From: an uncultured Candidatus Saccharibacteria bacterium
Lineage (GTDB): Bacteria; Patescibacteriota; Saccharimonadia; Saccharimonadales; AWTP1-31
Length of the DNA: 64,000 nt
Direction of reading: 5' to 3'
NCBI GenBank assembly: GCA_964643545.1
Contig: CAZXTE010000001.1
Span: 85,839-149,838 of the forward strand
Below the pieces are notes generated by a model. That model worked only from the letters and a program-made list of their open reading frames with translations. It was not told where the DNA came from and made no database searches. Made by a program: the position numbers and the translations under genes. Positions 54,606-63,772 of the stretch are shown piece by piece (position 1 is the stretch's first letter; every line of letters begins with the position of its first letter).

Positions 54606-56426
54606 CTATTTAACATAGTTATCTATAGTGCTGTTAATTACGCGCACCGCAGGTGGTGAGAAAGTAGATGCACCATAAATGTTCATTATGTTGCTTTGAG
54701 AACCACGGCGCCAGTTGCCATACATACACGTGTTGAACTGTTGATCGGTGGGCTGCCAGAATGGGTTGGGAGAGTCGTCTTTGCAGTTAGCAGTAGCCCG
54801 TTGAGAACCTGAGGTGCCGCTATAGGCATACTCATCCCAAAGCCCCATTAAATGACTTAGTTCGTGCAGGGCCGCAGTTGCGCTTGAGGCGGTTGCATAT
54901 TTTCCATTAATCATGGCTACACCAAAGGCACCTGCGCTTGGGGCATCACCCCAAAGAGTAACTACTTTATCGGCAGTAACACCGGCAGCAGAGAGTTGTG
55001 AGGCCACATTTGCAGGGTCGCAGGATACGGCGCGGCCGGGGTTTGCTGGGTCGGCAGCACAAGTGACGGGTCGCTCCAGCCTAACTTTATGAATCACAAT
55101 AACATCTTTTCGGGTGCTATACGGTGGGGTAGAAATTATTTGACCGGCAGCACTACTCGAGGCTCTGTCAAAGGTGACTTGATCAGTATAGTTTGCGCCA
55201 GCGATAACGATGTGCAACTTGCGCGTCGTTGATGTGGTGCTTGTCTTGAATGCACCCAAAGCTTTGCCAACTAGTTCAACTTGGTCTGGTGGAAGGACAC
55301 CGGTAACTGGTAGCTTAAGGAACGCCTGGAAGTTCTTAATGGCGCGTTCGGTAGTGGAATCAACAACTCCGTTTACTTGCAGGGTGGATAGTGCAGCTTT
55401 TAAGTTGTATTGCACTGCAGAAACACACTGGTCTGAGCGGCCAACCTTGTCTCTGTAGCCAAGCGAAATAGTGGGATATGCCTTATTACAAACGTATGGG
55501 TTAGGTGAGCGTGTGTCTGGCGGCTGCGTTGTTGAGCCAGATTTGAACGGTCCAAACACCTTAGTGATATCATCCATCCCTTTACTATCCAGCTGGCCGG
55601 TTTGAGCTAGCCCAAAGAAGCCTTGGAAGTATTTAATATATTGAACTGTTGCTGCATCAATAACCCCAGTGAGCGCTGGCGCCGAGTAATTTTGAGAAGC
55701 TGATTGCAGGGCGTACTGTAGGGCGGTTACGCATTGATCGGTTCGCCCAGCTACATTGTTTCGGTCGCCAGACTTTAGTAACGCTGGGTAGGGTTTGTTG
55801 CAAACGTGAGGGTTGGTTCGTGGTCCAGAAGGGGGCTGAGTGGTTGCTGCCTTTTTAACCTGAATGTTAACAGAGCATATAGCGGTTGGGTGCCAGCTGC
55901 CACCAGCTTGCTTGAGTCGAAACTTAAAGGGATATGTACCTTCTGCAGCAGGAGCTTTGTAGCTACCGTTCCCAAGACCGGTTCGCGCATCGACGTTATT
56001 CAACCGACCAATGACATAACCGTAGCCGGAGTTGGTTCCACCGTATAGTTCCGCAGTATAGGGTGCGACGTTTGCTTCGTTACCCGCCGACCAGGTAGTG
56101 TCGTAGCTGCTGCCATTCCAGGGGACGAGCTTGAATCGCGTAGATGCCGGGGCGGCGCCACTGGCACTTGGCCATAATTCTTGACTGCTACCATTAACGG
56201 ATGGACTTCCATTGTAAACGAGGAAGCTTGCACTAAAATTTTGACCCGGCTCGACAACATTATCAGCAGCAGGCGATCCTGTTTCGAATTTAATCTGACA
56301 GTAGTCGTGGGAGTAGTCAATTGCTGACGCAGCAAAGCTAGCAACTACAAAAAACTGAGCTACAACTGCAAATGCAAACATAGTGCCTAAGAGTTTTTTG
56401 TTTAAGAATCTTGATCTTCCGGTCAC
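54606..56426 (-). CDS. cassette protease A: secreted multidomain M64-like zinc metallopeptidase with two PG-binding-like repeats
   Basis: 606 aa, GTG start. N-terminal hydrophobic signal/anchor, then a Cys-bounded beta-domain. Two repeats follow of the form NP-x-VCNK-x-YP...GR-x-DQCV-x-A-x-QY-x-L...IK-x-FQ-x-F. The C-terminal domain carries ALHELSHLMGLWDEY (HExxH-x6-DEY). Confidence 0.8.
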   Translation of the reverse strand: MTGRSRFLNKKLLGTMFAFAVVAQFFVVASFAASAIDYSHDYCQIKFETGSPAADNVVEPGQNFSASFLVYNGSPSVNGSSQELWPSASGAAPASTRFKLVPWNGSSYDTTWSAGNEANVAPYTAELYGGTNSGYGYVIGRLNNVDARTGLGNGSYKAPAAEGTYPFKFRLKQAGGSWHPTAICSVNIQVKKAATTQPPSGPRTNPHVCNKPYPALLKSGDRNNVAGRTDQCVTALQYALQSASQNYSAPALTGVIDAATVQYIKYFQGFFGLAQTGQLDSKGMDDITKVFGPFKSGSTTQPPDTRSPNPYVCNKAYPTISLGYRDKVGRSDQCVSAVQYNLKAALSTLQVNGVVDSTTERAIKNFQAFLKLPVTGVLPPDQVELVGKALGAFKTSTTSTTRKLHIVIAGANYTDQVTFDRASSSAAGQIISTPPYSTRKDVIVIHKVRLERPVTCAADPANPGRAVSCDPANVASQLSAAGVTADKVVTLWGDAPSAGAFGVAMINGKYATASSATAALHELSHLMGLWDEYAYSGTSGSQRATANCKDDSPNPFWQPTDQQFNTCMYGNWRRGSQSNIMNIYGASTFSPPAVRVINSTIDNYVK

Positions 56427-56452
56427 TTTGTTAAATCCTTTTGTTGTTATTC

Positions 56453-57067
56453 CTAGCGAACGTCTTGACCTTCAACGGTTTTAAAGTCGGGTGTATTCTT
56501 GGTAACTGCTACGCCTTTAAGAGATTGAGTCAGAATTACTTTTCCGGCGGCATCGGTAATCTTCAGTTCTACGTCATCCCCAAACCATGGAATGATTTTG
56601 GGTATCAAAATCCCGCTGGTCGACAAGCTACCATTAATTTTCTTACTCTGTTCATTAAAGCTCTCGGCGATGCTGCCCGATGGCTTTGCAAAGTTATCCG
56701 AGTACAAAGTGTCCGGGCCCTTCGTAACGGTAAGTTTATAGTCGCTTGCCGTGGTTGATGGTGTATTGGGGGCACTATTTGTGAAACGCTCCATGCTTTT
56801 GACAGAGAGTTCTGGCTTCTTTGCTTTGTCGTATACAAGGTTCAATACAAGAACCTCTATGTTCGATGCACTAAGGCGCCCAGTCTTGACGGCATCTTCG
56901 TAAGATAGTAGCGGAACGTCGCTAGACGAGTTTTTTCCATTCTTTTTCTTTTGTTGGTTAAACAAAACCCCCGCCACAACACTGACAAACAGGACGGTAA
57001 CAACAGCAATGACAAGCAGTAGTCTCTTCTTTGTCATATTTGCTTTCATATTTGTTAGTATTTCCAT
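56453..57067 (-). CDS. cassette partner B: single-pass membrane protein, paralog of 53982..54596
   Basis: Start chosen at ATG 57067, preceded by GAGGGGG; the track start is 57079. TM segment LLLVIAVVTVLFVSVVAGVLF. The C-terminal domain is alignable to partner A along its full length. Confidence 0.75.
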   Translation of the reverse strand: MEILTNMKANMTKKRLLLVIAVVTVLFVSVVAGVLFNQQKKKNGKNSSSDVPLLSYEDAVKTGRLSASNIEVLVLNLVYDKAKKPELSVKSMERFTNSAPNTPSTTASDYKLTVTKGPDTLYSDNFAKPSGSIAESFNEQSKKINGSLSTSGILIPKIIPWFGDDVELKITDAAGKVILTQSLKGVAVTKNTPDFKTVEGQDVR

Positions 57068-57090
57068 GATCCCCCTCATCTACTTAATGG

Positions 57091-59001
57091 CTACAAGAAT
57101 GACTTAATGGTTTCTTCGAGCACACGCATTGCCGGAGCAGAGAAGCCGCTTGCGTTCGCTGTCGACATAATGTTTACATCAGAACCACGATTCCAGGTGG
57201 ATGATGTGCAGCCACCGAACTGAGGATCGGAACTTCTCCAGTACTTATTCTCTTTGCCGTCCTTACAATTGTAAGTAGCAGTGTTTGGCGAATAAGAGGC
57301 GCCTGGATAGACATATTCATCGTGTAAGTTCATTAGGTGGCTAAATTCATGCAGCGCAATAAACGGGTGAAGATTCGCCGTTGCGAACTGTCCTCCAACA
57401 CCTCCAGCAGTTCCTCCCCAGGCGCTGTTGTTGTTTATGACCAATACTTTGTCATAGGGCACACCCTTAGCAGCGAGGGCCTTAGCTACTTGGTCGTAAT
57501 CACAGTACCAGTCTCTACCATCACCCGTTGAGCCGTAAGGTTTGCAGGTTATGCCGCCTACATTGACAATATGGAAAGCAATATCATTTTTATAGGTGCT
57601 ATATGGTGCAGTGCTTAAAATGTATTGAATCATCCCTTTAGCTGTACTGTCAAAGCTCCCGCCTGAAAAGTTTGCACCAGCGACAGCAATATCTAGTTTT
57701 TTGCCAGAACCACCACCACTGTTCCCGCCACCAGAACCACCACCACTGTTCCCGCCACCAGAACCACCACCGGTACCGTCGGTCTTATATGGCCCAAAGA
57801 CGGTAGCAAGACCTTCTACTTGTGCTGGTGTTAGCACTCCATCTGCTGTAGCTTTAAAGAACGCTTGGAAATTCTTGATGGCAGCCACCGTCGGTGCATC
57901 GGTTGTGCCGGTTACTTGCAGACTAGGAGTAGCTGCTTGTAGATTGTATTGCACTCCAGACACACAGTCATCCTTTCGTCCATCTGCCTTGTTCTTGTAC
58001 CCACTTTTAACGGTTGGATATGGTTTGTTGCATACGTAAGGATTGGCGCCTCGACCGCCACCGCCACCACCGCCACCACCGGGAGTAGAGGTCTTGAAAG
58101 CACCAAACACAATTTGAAAAGGATCTAGTTCGGCCGCGGTAAGTTGGCCGTTTGGTGTTGCATTAGCGCCCCCAAAGAATCTTTTGTAGTTATTAATGAT
58201 AGAGACCGTGGAGGCATCGATAGTTCCTGTTAGTGCAGGGACCCGAAGGTTAGGGTCTGAGGCTTGTAGGGCGTACTGCACCGCAGTGGCGCACTTATCA
58301 GTTCGACCCCCGCTACTGTCAGCAACCCCCAACTTCATCACCGCAGGGTAGGGCTTATTGCAAACATACGGGTTTGCTCGTACGACAGGAGGCTGCGGGT
58401 CATCATTCTTTACTTGCAAATTCCTTGAGCAAATTGCTGTTGGATGCCACGACCCACCAGCTTGCTTAAGCTGGAACTTGAACGCATATGTCCCGGGCGT
58501 ACTCGGAGCTTTGTAGTTGGTGCCATTACCAAGGCCTGTCCTGGCATCGTTACCCGCAACATTACCAATGAGGTAGCCAAAACTCGAGTTCGCACCACCA
58601 TATAACTCGGCAGTATACGGAGTTACGTTAGCGGCATTGCCGTTCGTCCAGGTAGTGTCGTAGTTGTTGCCAACAGACGGGACGAGTTTGTACCGCTTAT
58701 CGGTTGGTGTTGGTCCACTGGCACTTGGCCAAAGTTCCTGGCTGCTACCGTTCACGATAGGGCTACCGTTATATACGGAGAAACTAGCTCCAAAGGTTTC
58801 GCCGGGCTTTAGTACGCCGTCTGCCGCAGGAGATCCTGTTGCGAATATGATGCTACAGTTGTCTCTTGAGTAATCTACAGGGGTAGCTGCGAAAGCAGCT
58901 ATAAGTGAAAAGGGCACAATTGCTGCAAGGGCAAAGAGGATTACTGTTAATCTTTTTGACGCAAACTTTGGTCGATCTAATAGGTTTCTAATTTTACTCA
59001 T
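57091..59001 (-). CDS. cassette protease B: paralog of 54606..56426 with poly-Gly linkers
   Basis: Start chosen at ATG 59001, preceded by GAGGG; the track start is 59010. Same domain order as protease A. The zinc motif is ALHEFSHLMNLHDEY. Linkers are GGGGGGGGRGA and (GGGSGGGNS)n. Confidence 0.8.
   Translation of the reverse strand: MSKIRNLLDRPKFASKRLTVILFALAAIVPFSLIAAFAATPVDYSRDNCSIIFATGSPAADGVLKPGETFGASFSVYNGSPIVNGSSQELWPSASGPTPTDKRYKLVPSVGNNYDTTWTNGNAANVTPYTAELYGGANSSFGYLIGNVAGNDARTGLGNGTNYKAPSTPGTYAFKFQLKQAGGSWHPTAICSRNLQVKNDDPQPPVVRANPYVCNKPYPAVMKLGVADSSGGRTDKCATAVQYALQASDPNLRVPALTGTIDASTVSIINNYKRFFGGANATPNGQLTAAELDPFQIVFGAFKTSTPGGGGGGGGGRGANPYVCNKPYPTVKSGYKNKADGRKDDCVSGVQYNLQAATPSLQVTGTTDAPTVAAIKNFQAFFKATADGVLTPAQVEGLATVFGPYKTDGTGGGSGGGNSGGGSGGGNSGGGSGKKLDIAVAGANFSGGSFDSTAKGMIQYILSTAPYSTYKNDIAFHIVNVGGITCKPYGSTGDGRDWYCDYDQVAKALAAKGVPYDKVLVINNNSAWGGTAGGVGGQFATANLHPFIALHEFSHLMNLHDEYVYPGASYSPNTATYNCKDGKENKYWRSSDPQFGGCTSSTWNRGSDVNIMSTANASGFSAPAMRVLEETIKSFL
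57704..57772. repeat. 27-nt perfect tandem repeat (2 copies plus a 15-nt partial) inside protease B
   Basis: ccagaaccaccaccactgttcccgcca at 57704..57730 and 57731..57757, then ccagaaccaccaccg. It encodes the GGGSGGGNS linker on the minus strand. Confidence 0.9.
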
Positions 59002-59030
59002 GACCCTCATTATTATTTAAGCTTACGCTA

Positions 59031-59059
59031 ATAATATTTGCTTGTACAGCAAGTGTCAA
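59031..59059 (-). promoter_or_regulatory. consensus sigma70 promoter of the four-gene cassette operon
   Basis: On the minus strand: TTGACA (59059..59054), 17 nt, TATTAT (59036..59031). Confidence 0.6.
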
Positions 59060-59088
59060 ATCAGTCCCTACGAAGCAAAAAGAAATTC

Positions 59089-59117
59089 TTGCGTCGTTGC
59101 AGCTTAGTGGCTATACT
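59089..59117 (+). promoter_or_regulatory. sigma70-type promoter of the 1177-aa surface protein gene
   Basis: TTGCGT (59089..59094), 17 nt, TATACT (59112..59117). Confidence 0.5.
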
Positions 59118-59147
59118 CACTAGCATAAGAGTTTTGCAAGTTGCTAT

Positions 59148-62100
59148 ATGAACGACGACCAATCAGAAAATAATCAAAAATCACAGGCTGAGGTTACATC
59201 AGACGCCCCAAATGTTGTTAGTGTTGGCAAGAAAAGACGCATACCAAAATTATCCCTAAAGAAACGAACGATCACCTTGGTACTTCTGATTGTTTTGCTT
59301 ATTGCGGGTGTGGCTTGGGGTTTGCCTAAGTACCTTAATAGGAATGTCTATGCCAAAGTAGGCGACTTCACCATTACAAAAAAAGAATATGATGCTACCA
59401 AGAAATCGTGGATCAACGCATACAAAAAACCGAATACGAAACTAGATGCCAAAAATAATATCGATGCTCAAACACGTGACATTTTGGTACTGAACGCTGC
59501 GCTCAAAACCGAAGCTCAGAGGAGGGGGATTACCTACACGCAAGCAGAAGTAGATAAATATTCTTTGCCCAAATATAACGAGAAGGGTGGCAAGTTCCTG
59601 TACATTAAGTCGTACGAGCGTGACTACCAATGGACTGAACAGGACGTTATGTTGCGCCGCACCAACGACTACTTGCAGTACAAGCTCAAAGACAAGCTGA
59701 TAAAAGACAGAGTCTATTCAGAGGTGTACATACGTTGGGATAATATTCGTCTCCTGAAAACCGAGGATATAAACAAGCCAGCACCAGCAGAAGAGGAGAA
59801 GGCTGGACAGATTCTCAAAGAAAAGTACCTGCCGCTGTTCGAACAGAAAAAGTCCCCGGCCGAGCTTAAAAAAGCAGTAGATATCCGAGATGGAGATTCG
59901 TTAGAACAACAAAAGAAGGCCTATACGAGCACACGCGGGACAGGCAGTCAGTTCAGTACTATTCGAACAATCAACTTGGCGGCCAATCCTTTTAAGCCAT
60001 ATCCTGGTGATAATGGTGAAGACATGGGCGCTAAGCTAGACAGCCTCAAGAACGTTGGCGACTACACCCAGCCATTCCGTAGCAACATTGGCAAATACTC
60101 CATTATACGACTGGAATCGACTACCGGCGGTGGTTATGCTAACTGGGAGGCCTTGGTCCAACAATATGAAAAAGATGCTGGCCTGACGGATGGCAAGAAC
60201 CCGGTAATCTTGAGTTTTATAAAGCAAGCAATACAGCGAATTAGTAGCGCAATTTTTCCAAAAGCATACGCCTACCCAGACTGTACTGCGGGTGTTCATA
60301 GTATTCCTTACTATGTAACCTTGACAGATATCGACACGGGAGCGCTCCTAAATGGTTCAGTTTCGGCTTCGACGCAGCGTCATCGCCCAGATTGCGGCAT
60401 GGGACCCTACAAAGACCAAGGCTATAACCCGACTCCTTTTGTGAGTTCACCGGTGGACATATGGTTTAGCGTGTCCATGAGTGCATCTACTGGAGCGTAT
60501 GGGCCAGGATACCTGGGTATTGCGTTAGATTGTATGGGGCCGGTATGGAATCACTCCTATAATGTCCCGGGCTACAGTTTCGTTTCAGAGACGGAAGAGG
60601 CTCCCGGTCTCCCACAGCTGGGACATGGTGATAATTCACATAGTTACAACATTCAGGCGTATTTTAGGAACAACAGTCCACCAACGGGAGAAATCGACGT
60701 CATTAAAATGATTCCTGATGGATCGGGCGGTTGGCGGGAAGGGCAACCAGGAGGTAATCCGCAGATAGCCATAGGTTTGCTTACTAGCACGAACACCTCT
60801 TTGTACGCACCGGGCCTGACTCCTGGGGGACAGCAGCCGGTTTCAACTGCTAGCCCATCTGGCGGTTGGACATATCTCAGGACCGTCAATACCAATCTCT
60901 GTAATCCAAGCGCACCAGCAGCGTCTACAAGTATGTCCCTATCGGTGAATGTATTTGCAGATCCCTGTAAGCACTGGGTTCAGTTCTTCTACGAGTATAC
61001 GCCCCCACCACCGAAAGGAGACTTGCAGCTCGTTACAGAAGTTCCAAACGGTTCGGGGGGGTGGACCACCGGCAATGTGCCCGGCTCTCCCAATACCTGC
61101 GTTACGGGCTCGGGTGTACCGAGTGGCTATGACTGCAGTAACGCGAGTATTCACCCGGTGAATAACCTTGACCCAGGCCCTGGCTACTATGCATATGTCG
61201 ATGCTGCTGCTGCCCAATGGGAGTATAAAGGCTTTGTCGTTGCCTATAACCCAGGATGTAACGGACACCCAGACAGTAACGACAATGCTCCGCATCCGGC
61301 ACCAGCAGGGGCGGGGGGTAATAGCTATAACTTACGAGTATGTAAGGACCAGACTACGCAGATTCGCTTCCGCTTTGCGCCGGAGCCCAAACCATTTACG
61401 CTTACACCGAATGCGCTGTCTGCAACACCAGACGATGAAGAGTCGCCAACTGCAATAACATTCAGTACCGCAGTAAATTCATCAAGACTGATGAATCTGC
61501 CAACACCTATCGCGGCGACCCAAACCTACACGCTGAACGGGGCTCCAATTGCTGCGTGGTCAGCTGATACGTATGGAGCAAACTTTGCATCGAGCACCAG
61601 CTATACATCCTCGAAGGCTAAGGGCACTAACCCCCCTATATTAAAGGTGGGCGACACCTATTGTGTTACGGTAACAATTCCGCATGGTGCAGGGACATTT
61701 GATGGATCTACCGTTGTCTGGACATCAGGCGCCGTTACTTCAGCTCCAGCTTGCGGTGTAGTCTCCAATATGCCCTATGTCTCTTTCTATGGCAATGATG
61801 TCAGCGCCGGCGCAGCCTTTAAGCGTCCGTCTGCTTGTGTTGCTGGCGATGGTGCAGGCGCAACGATTTCCACAAACCTTAACGCTGCGAACGTAGGTTC
61901 CAGTGTGCAGTTCGCAGCCTTTGCGCTTGGCTCTATTAACACTTTTGTGTCTGCCAGCCAGCGGAGCACTACTCCCGTTGCTCCCAAGGGCCTAAGCTTT
62001 GCCAATACAACAGGCACATATGGTGGTGTGTTTGGCACGAACCCACGATGTCTCGACTACTACGGTACGCCACCATCACCAGATACGACGACAGCCTCAC

Positions 62101-62681
62101 TCAACGTAGCAGGTATTGACGGTGTTAAAAGCTACAAGCCAAGTGGCGGCACACTGACTGTCTCTGGTAATGTTGCAGCGTCCAAGCACGTCACCGTATA
62201 TGTCGAGGGCAACGTTATTATAAGTAGCAACATAACGACGGCGTCGAGCGGCTGGACTACTACAGACTCTATCCCTACCTTCGACCTGATCGTCAAAGGC
62301 AATATCTACGTCCAGAACAACGTGAACCAGCTTGATGGCTGGTACATTGCCCAACCCAAGGACGATGGCAGTAGGGGTGAGATTACCACGTGTGCTAAGC
62401 CTGGTGGTGGGCTGTACAACCTTGCGAGTAGCGAGCTGTACACCAACTGTGCCACGCAACTGGTCATTAATGGTAGCTTTACTGCTAAGAAGGTGCACTT
62501 CCTTCGTACTGCGAACTCGCTGCGCAATGGCGCCGCAAAAGAAGGTGCAATGGTGAGCAAAGCTGCCGAAGTCTTCCGCTTTAGTCCGGAAGCATATCTT
62601 GCAAAACACGCCCTGCCACAAAGCGCTGTTGCTGGTGTCGGTAGCACCGATTACTACACCACCTTGCCACCCGTTTTGTAG
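59148..62681 (+). CDS. large membrane-anchored surface protein: PpiD/SurA-N-like chaperone region plus about 800 aa of Cys-containing Gly/Pro/Ser/Thr-rich beta-rich region
   Basis: 1177 aa. TM segment ITLVLLIVLLIAGVAWGL. The first 350 aa or so resemble the SurA-N/PpiD-type periplasmic chaperone layout (VYAKVGDFTITKKEYD...). An internal repeat reads IPDGSGGWREGQPGGNP / VPNGSGGWTTGNVPGSP. Confidence 0.8.
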   Translation: MNDDQSENNQKSQAEVTSDAPNVVSVGKKRRIPKLSLKKRTITLVLLIVLLIAGVAWGLPKYLNRNVYAKVGDFTITKKEYDATKKSWINAYKKPNTKLDAKNNIDAQTRDILVLNAALKTEAQRRGITYTQAEVDKYSLPKYNEKGGKFLYIKSYERDYQWTEQDVMLRRTNDYLQYKLKDKLIKDRVYSEVYIRWDNIRLLKTEDINKPAPAEEEKAGQILKEKYLPLFEQKKSPAELKKAVDIRDGDSLEQQKKAYTSTRGTGSQFSTIRTINLAANPFKPYPGDNGEDMGAKLDSLKNVGDYTQPFRSNIGKYSIIRLESTTGGGYANWEALVQQYEKDAGLTDGKNPVILSFIKQAIQRISSAIFPKAYAYPDCTAGVHSIPYYVTLTDIDTGALLNGSVSASTQRHRPDCGMGPYKDQGYNPTPFVSSPVDIWFSVSMSASTGAYGPGYLGIALDCMGPVWNHSYNVPGYSFVSETEEAPGLPQLGHGDNSHSYNIQAYFRNNSPPTGEIDVIKMIPDGSGGWREGQPGGNPQIAIGLLTSTNTSLYAPGLTPGGQQPVSTASPSGGWTYLRTVNTNLCNPSAPAASTSMSLSVNVFADPCKHWVQFFYEYTPPPPKGDLQLVTEVPNGSGGWTTGNVPGSPNTCVTGSGVPSGYDCSNASIHPVNNLDPGPGYYAYVDAAAAQWEYKGFVVAYNPGCNGHPDSNDNAPHPAPAGAGGNSYNLRVCKDQTTQIRFRFAPEPKPFTLTPNALSATPDDEESPTAITFSTAVNSSRLMNLPTPIAATQTYTLNGAPIAAWSADTYGANFASSTSYTSSKAKGTNPPILKVGDTYCVTVTIPHGAGTFDGSTVVWTSGAVTSAPACGVVSNMPYVSFYGNDVSAGAAFKRPSACVAGDGAGATISTNLNAANVGSSVQFAAFALGSINTFVSASQRSTTPVAPKGLSFANTTGTYGGVFGTNPRCLDYYGTPPSPDTTTASLNVAGIDGVKSYKPSGGTLTVSGNVAASKHVTVYVEGNVIISSNITTASSGWTTTDSIPTFDLIVKGNIYVQNNVNQLDGWYIAQPKDDGSRGEITTCAKPGGGLYNLASSELYTNCATQLVINGSFTAKKVHFLRTANSLRNGAAKEGAMVSKAAEVFRFSPEAYLAKHALPQSAVAGVGSTDYYTTLPPVL

Positions 62682-62731
62682 AGGAAAAAAGCGTTTGTTT
62701 TAATGAAGCTTATGCTATAATCGACCTAACT

Positions 62732-63772
62732 ATGAGCGTACTGAGTGGGGTATCAGAATTCTTCGGACTAGACATCGGAACAACCGCAGTGAGGTTAGTG
62801 GAGCTTAGCGGAACGGGTAATGTTAAGGCGCTCGTTAAGTACGCATCAATACCCATTGAGGCAAAAGTGTCTCTCAGTGATGCGAAAGCAGATCAGCAGA
62901 AGGTTATGCTGGCGGTGCGCGACCTTATAGGGCAGGCCAACATTACGACCAAAAACGTTGCCGTGGGATTGCCTTCGCAGAAGGTGTTCACAACAGTTGT
63001 TGATATAGATCGACTGAATGAAGGCGAAATTGCCAAAACAATTATGTATCAGGCAGATTCGCTTATTCCAACGCCTATTGCTGAATCAAAAATTGATTGG
63101 GCGGTCCTAGGGGATTCGCCAAAAGATAAGAACAAGATAGAGGTGCTACTGACCAGCGTGACCAATGCATATGCCGAAAGTAGACTGGATATGCTGGAGT
63201 CCATCGGGCTTAATGTTATTGCCTTCGAACCTGATCATATGGCACTGGCACGAGCCGTCATCCCCGCCGATACAACCAATCCGTGCATGGCGGTAGATAT
63301 TGGCGAGAAGACAACGGATATTGTTGTTACTATGGCTGGCGCTCCTCGCTTGGCGCGCTCGATTCCAACAGGCAACGAAGCAATTGTGCGTGCAGCCAGT
63401 CAGAATCTTAATATTGATGAAAAACAGGCCGCACAGTTTATTAACAAGTTTGGCCTCGGCAAAGATAAACTCGAAGGGCAGATATACAACGCAATCATCA
63501 GCACTGTTGATATTCTGGCAACAGAGATAGAAAAGTCCATAAAATTCTTCCAGGCACGCTATACCGAGGCTCGTATTGAACGCATTATTGTTACTGGCGC
63601 AGCTTCGTCTTTGCCAGAGTTCCCCTTATATATCGCAAACAAATTCGGTATTAACGTAGAGATCGGTAATGCTTGGCGAAACGTTTCTTTCCCAGCAAAC
63701 CGACAGAACGAACTACAGGTCGCTTCTAACACGTTTGGTGTCGCTGCAGGCTTAGCGGGGAGACAGGCATGA
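62732..63772 (+). CDS. pilM: type IV pilus assembly protein PilM
   Basis: FGLDIGTTAVRLVEL actin-like ATPase N-terminus. 346 aa. ATGA overlap with the next gene. Confidence 0.9.
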   Translation: MSVLSGVSEFFGLDIGTTAVRLVELSGTGNVKALVKYASIPIEAKVSLSDAKADQQKVMLAVRDLIGQANITTKNVAVGLPSQKVFTTVVDIDRLNEGEIAKTIMYQADSLIPTPIAESKIDWAVLGDSPKDKNKIEVLLTSVTNAYAESRLDMLESIGLNVIAFEPDHMALARAVIPADTTNPCMAVDIGEKTTDIVVTMAGAPRLARSIPTGNEAIVRAASQNLNIDEKQAAQFINKFGLGKDKLEGQIYNAIISTVDILATEIEKSIKFFQARYTEARIERIIVTGAASSLPEFPLYIANKFGINVEIGNAWRNVSFPANRQNELQVASNTFGVAAGLAGRQA

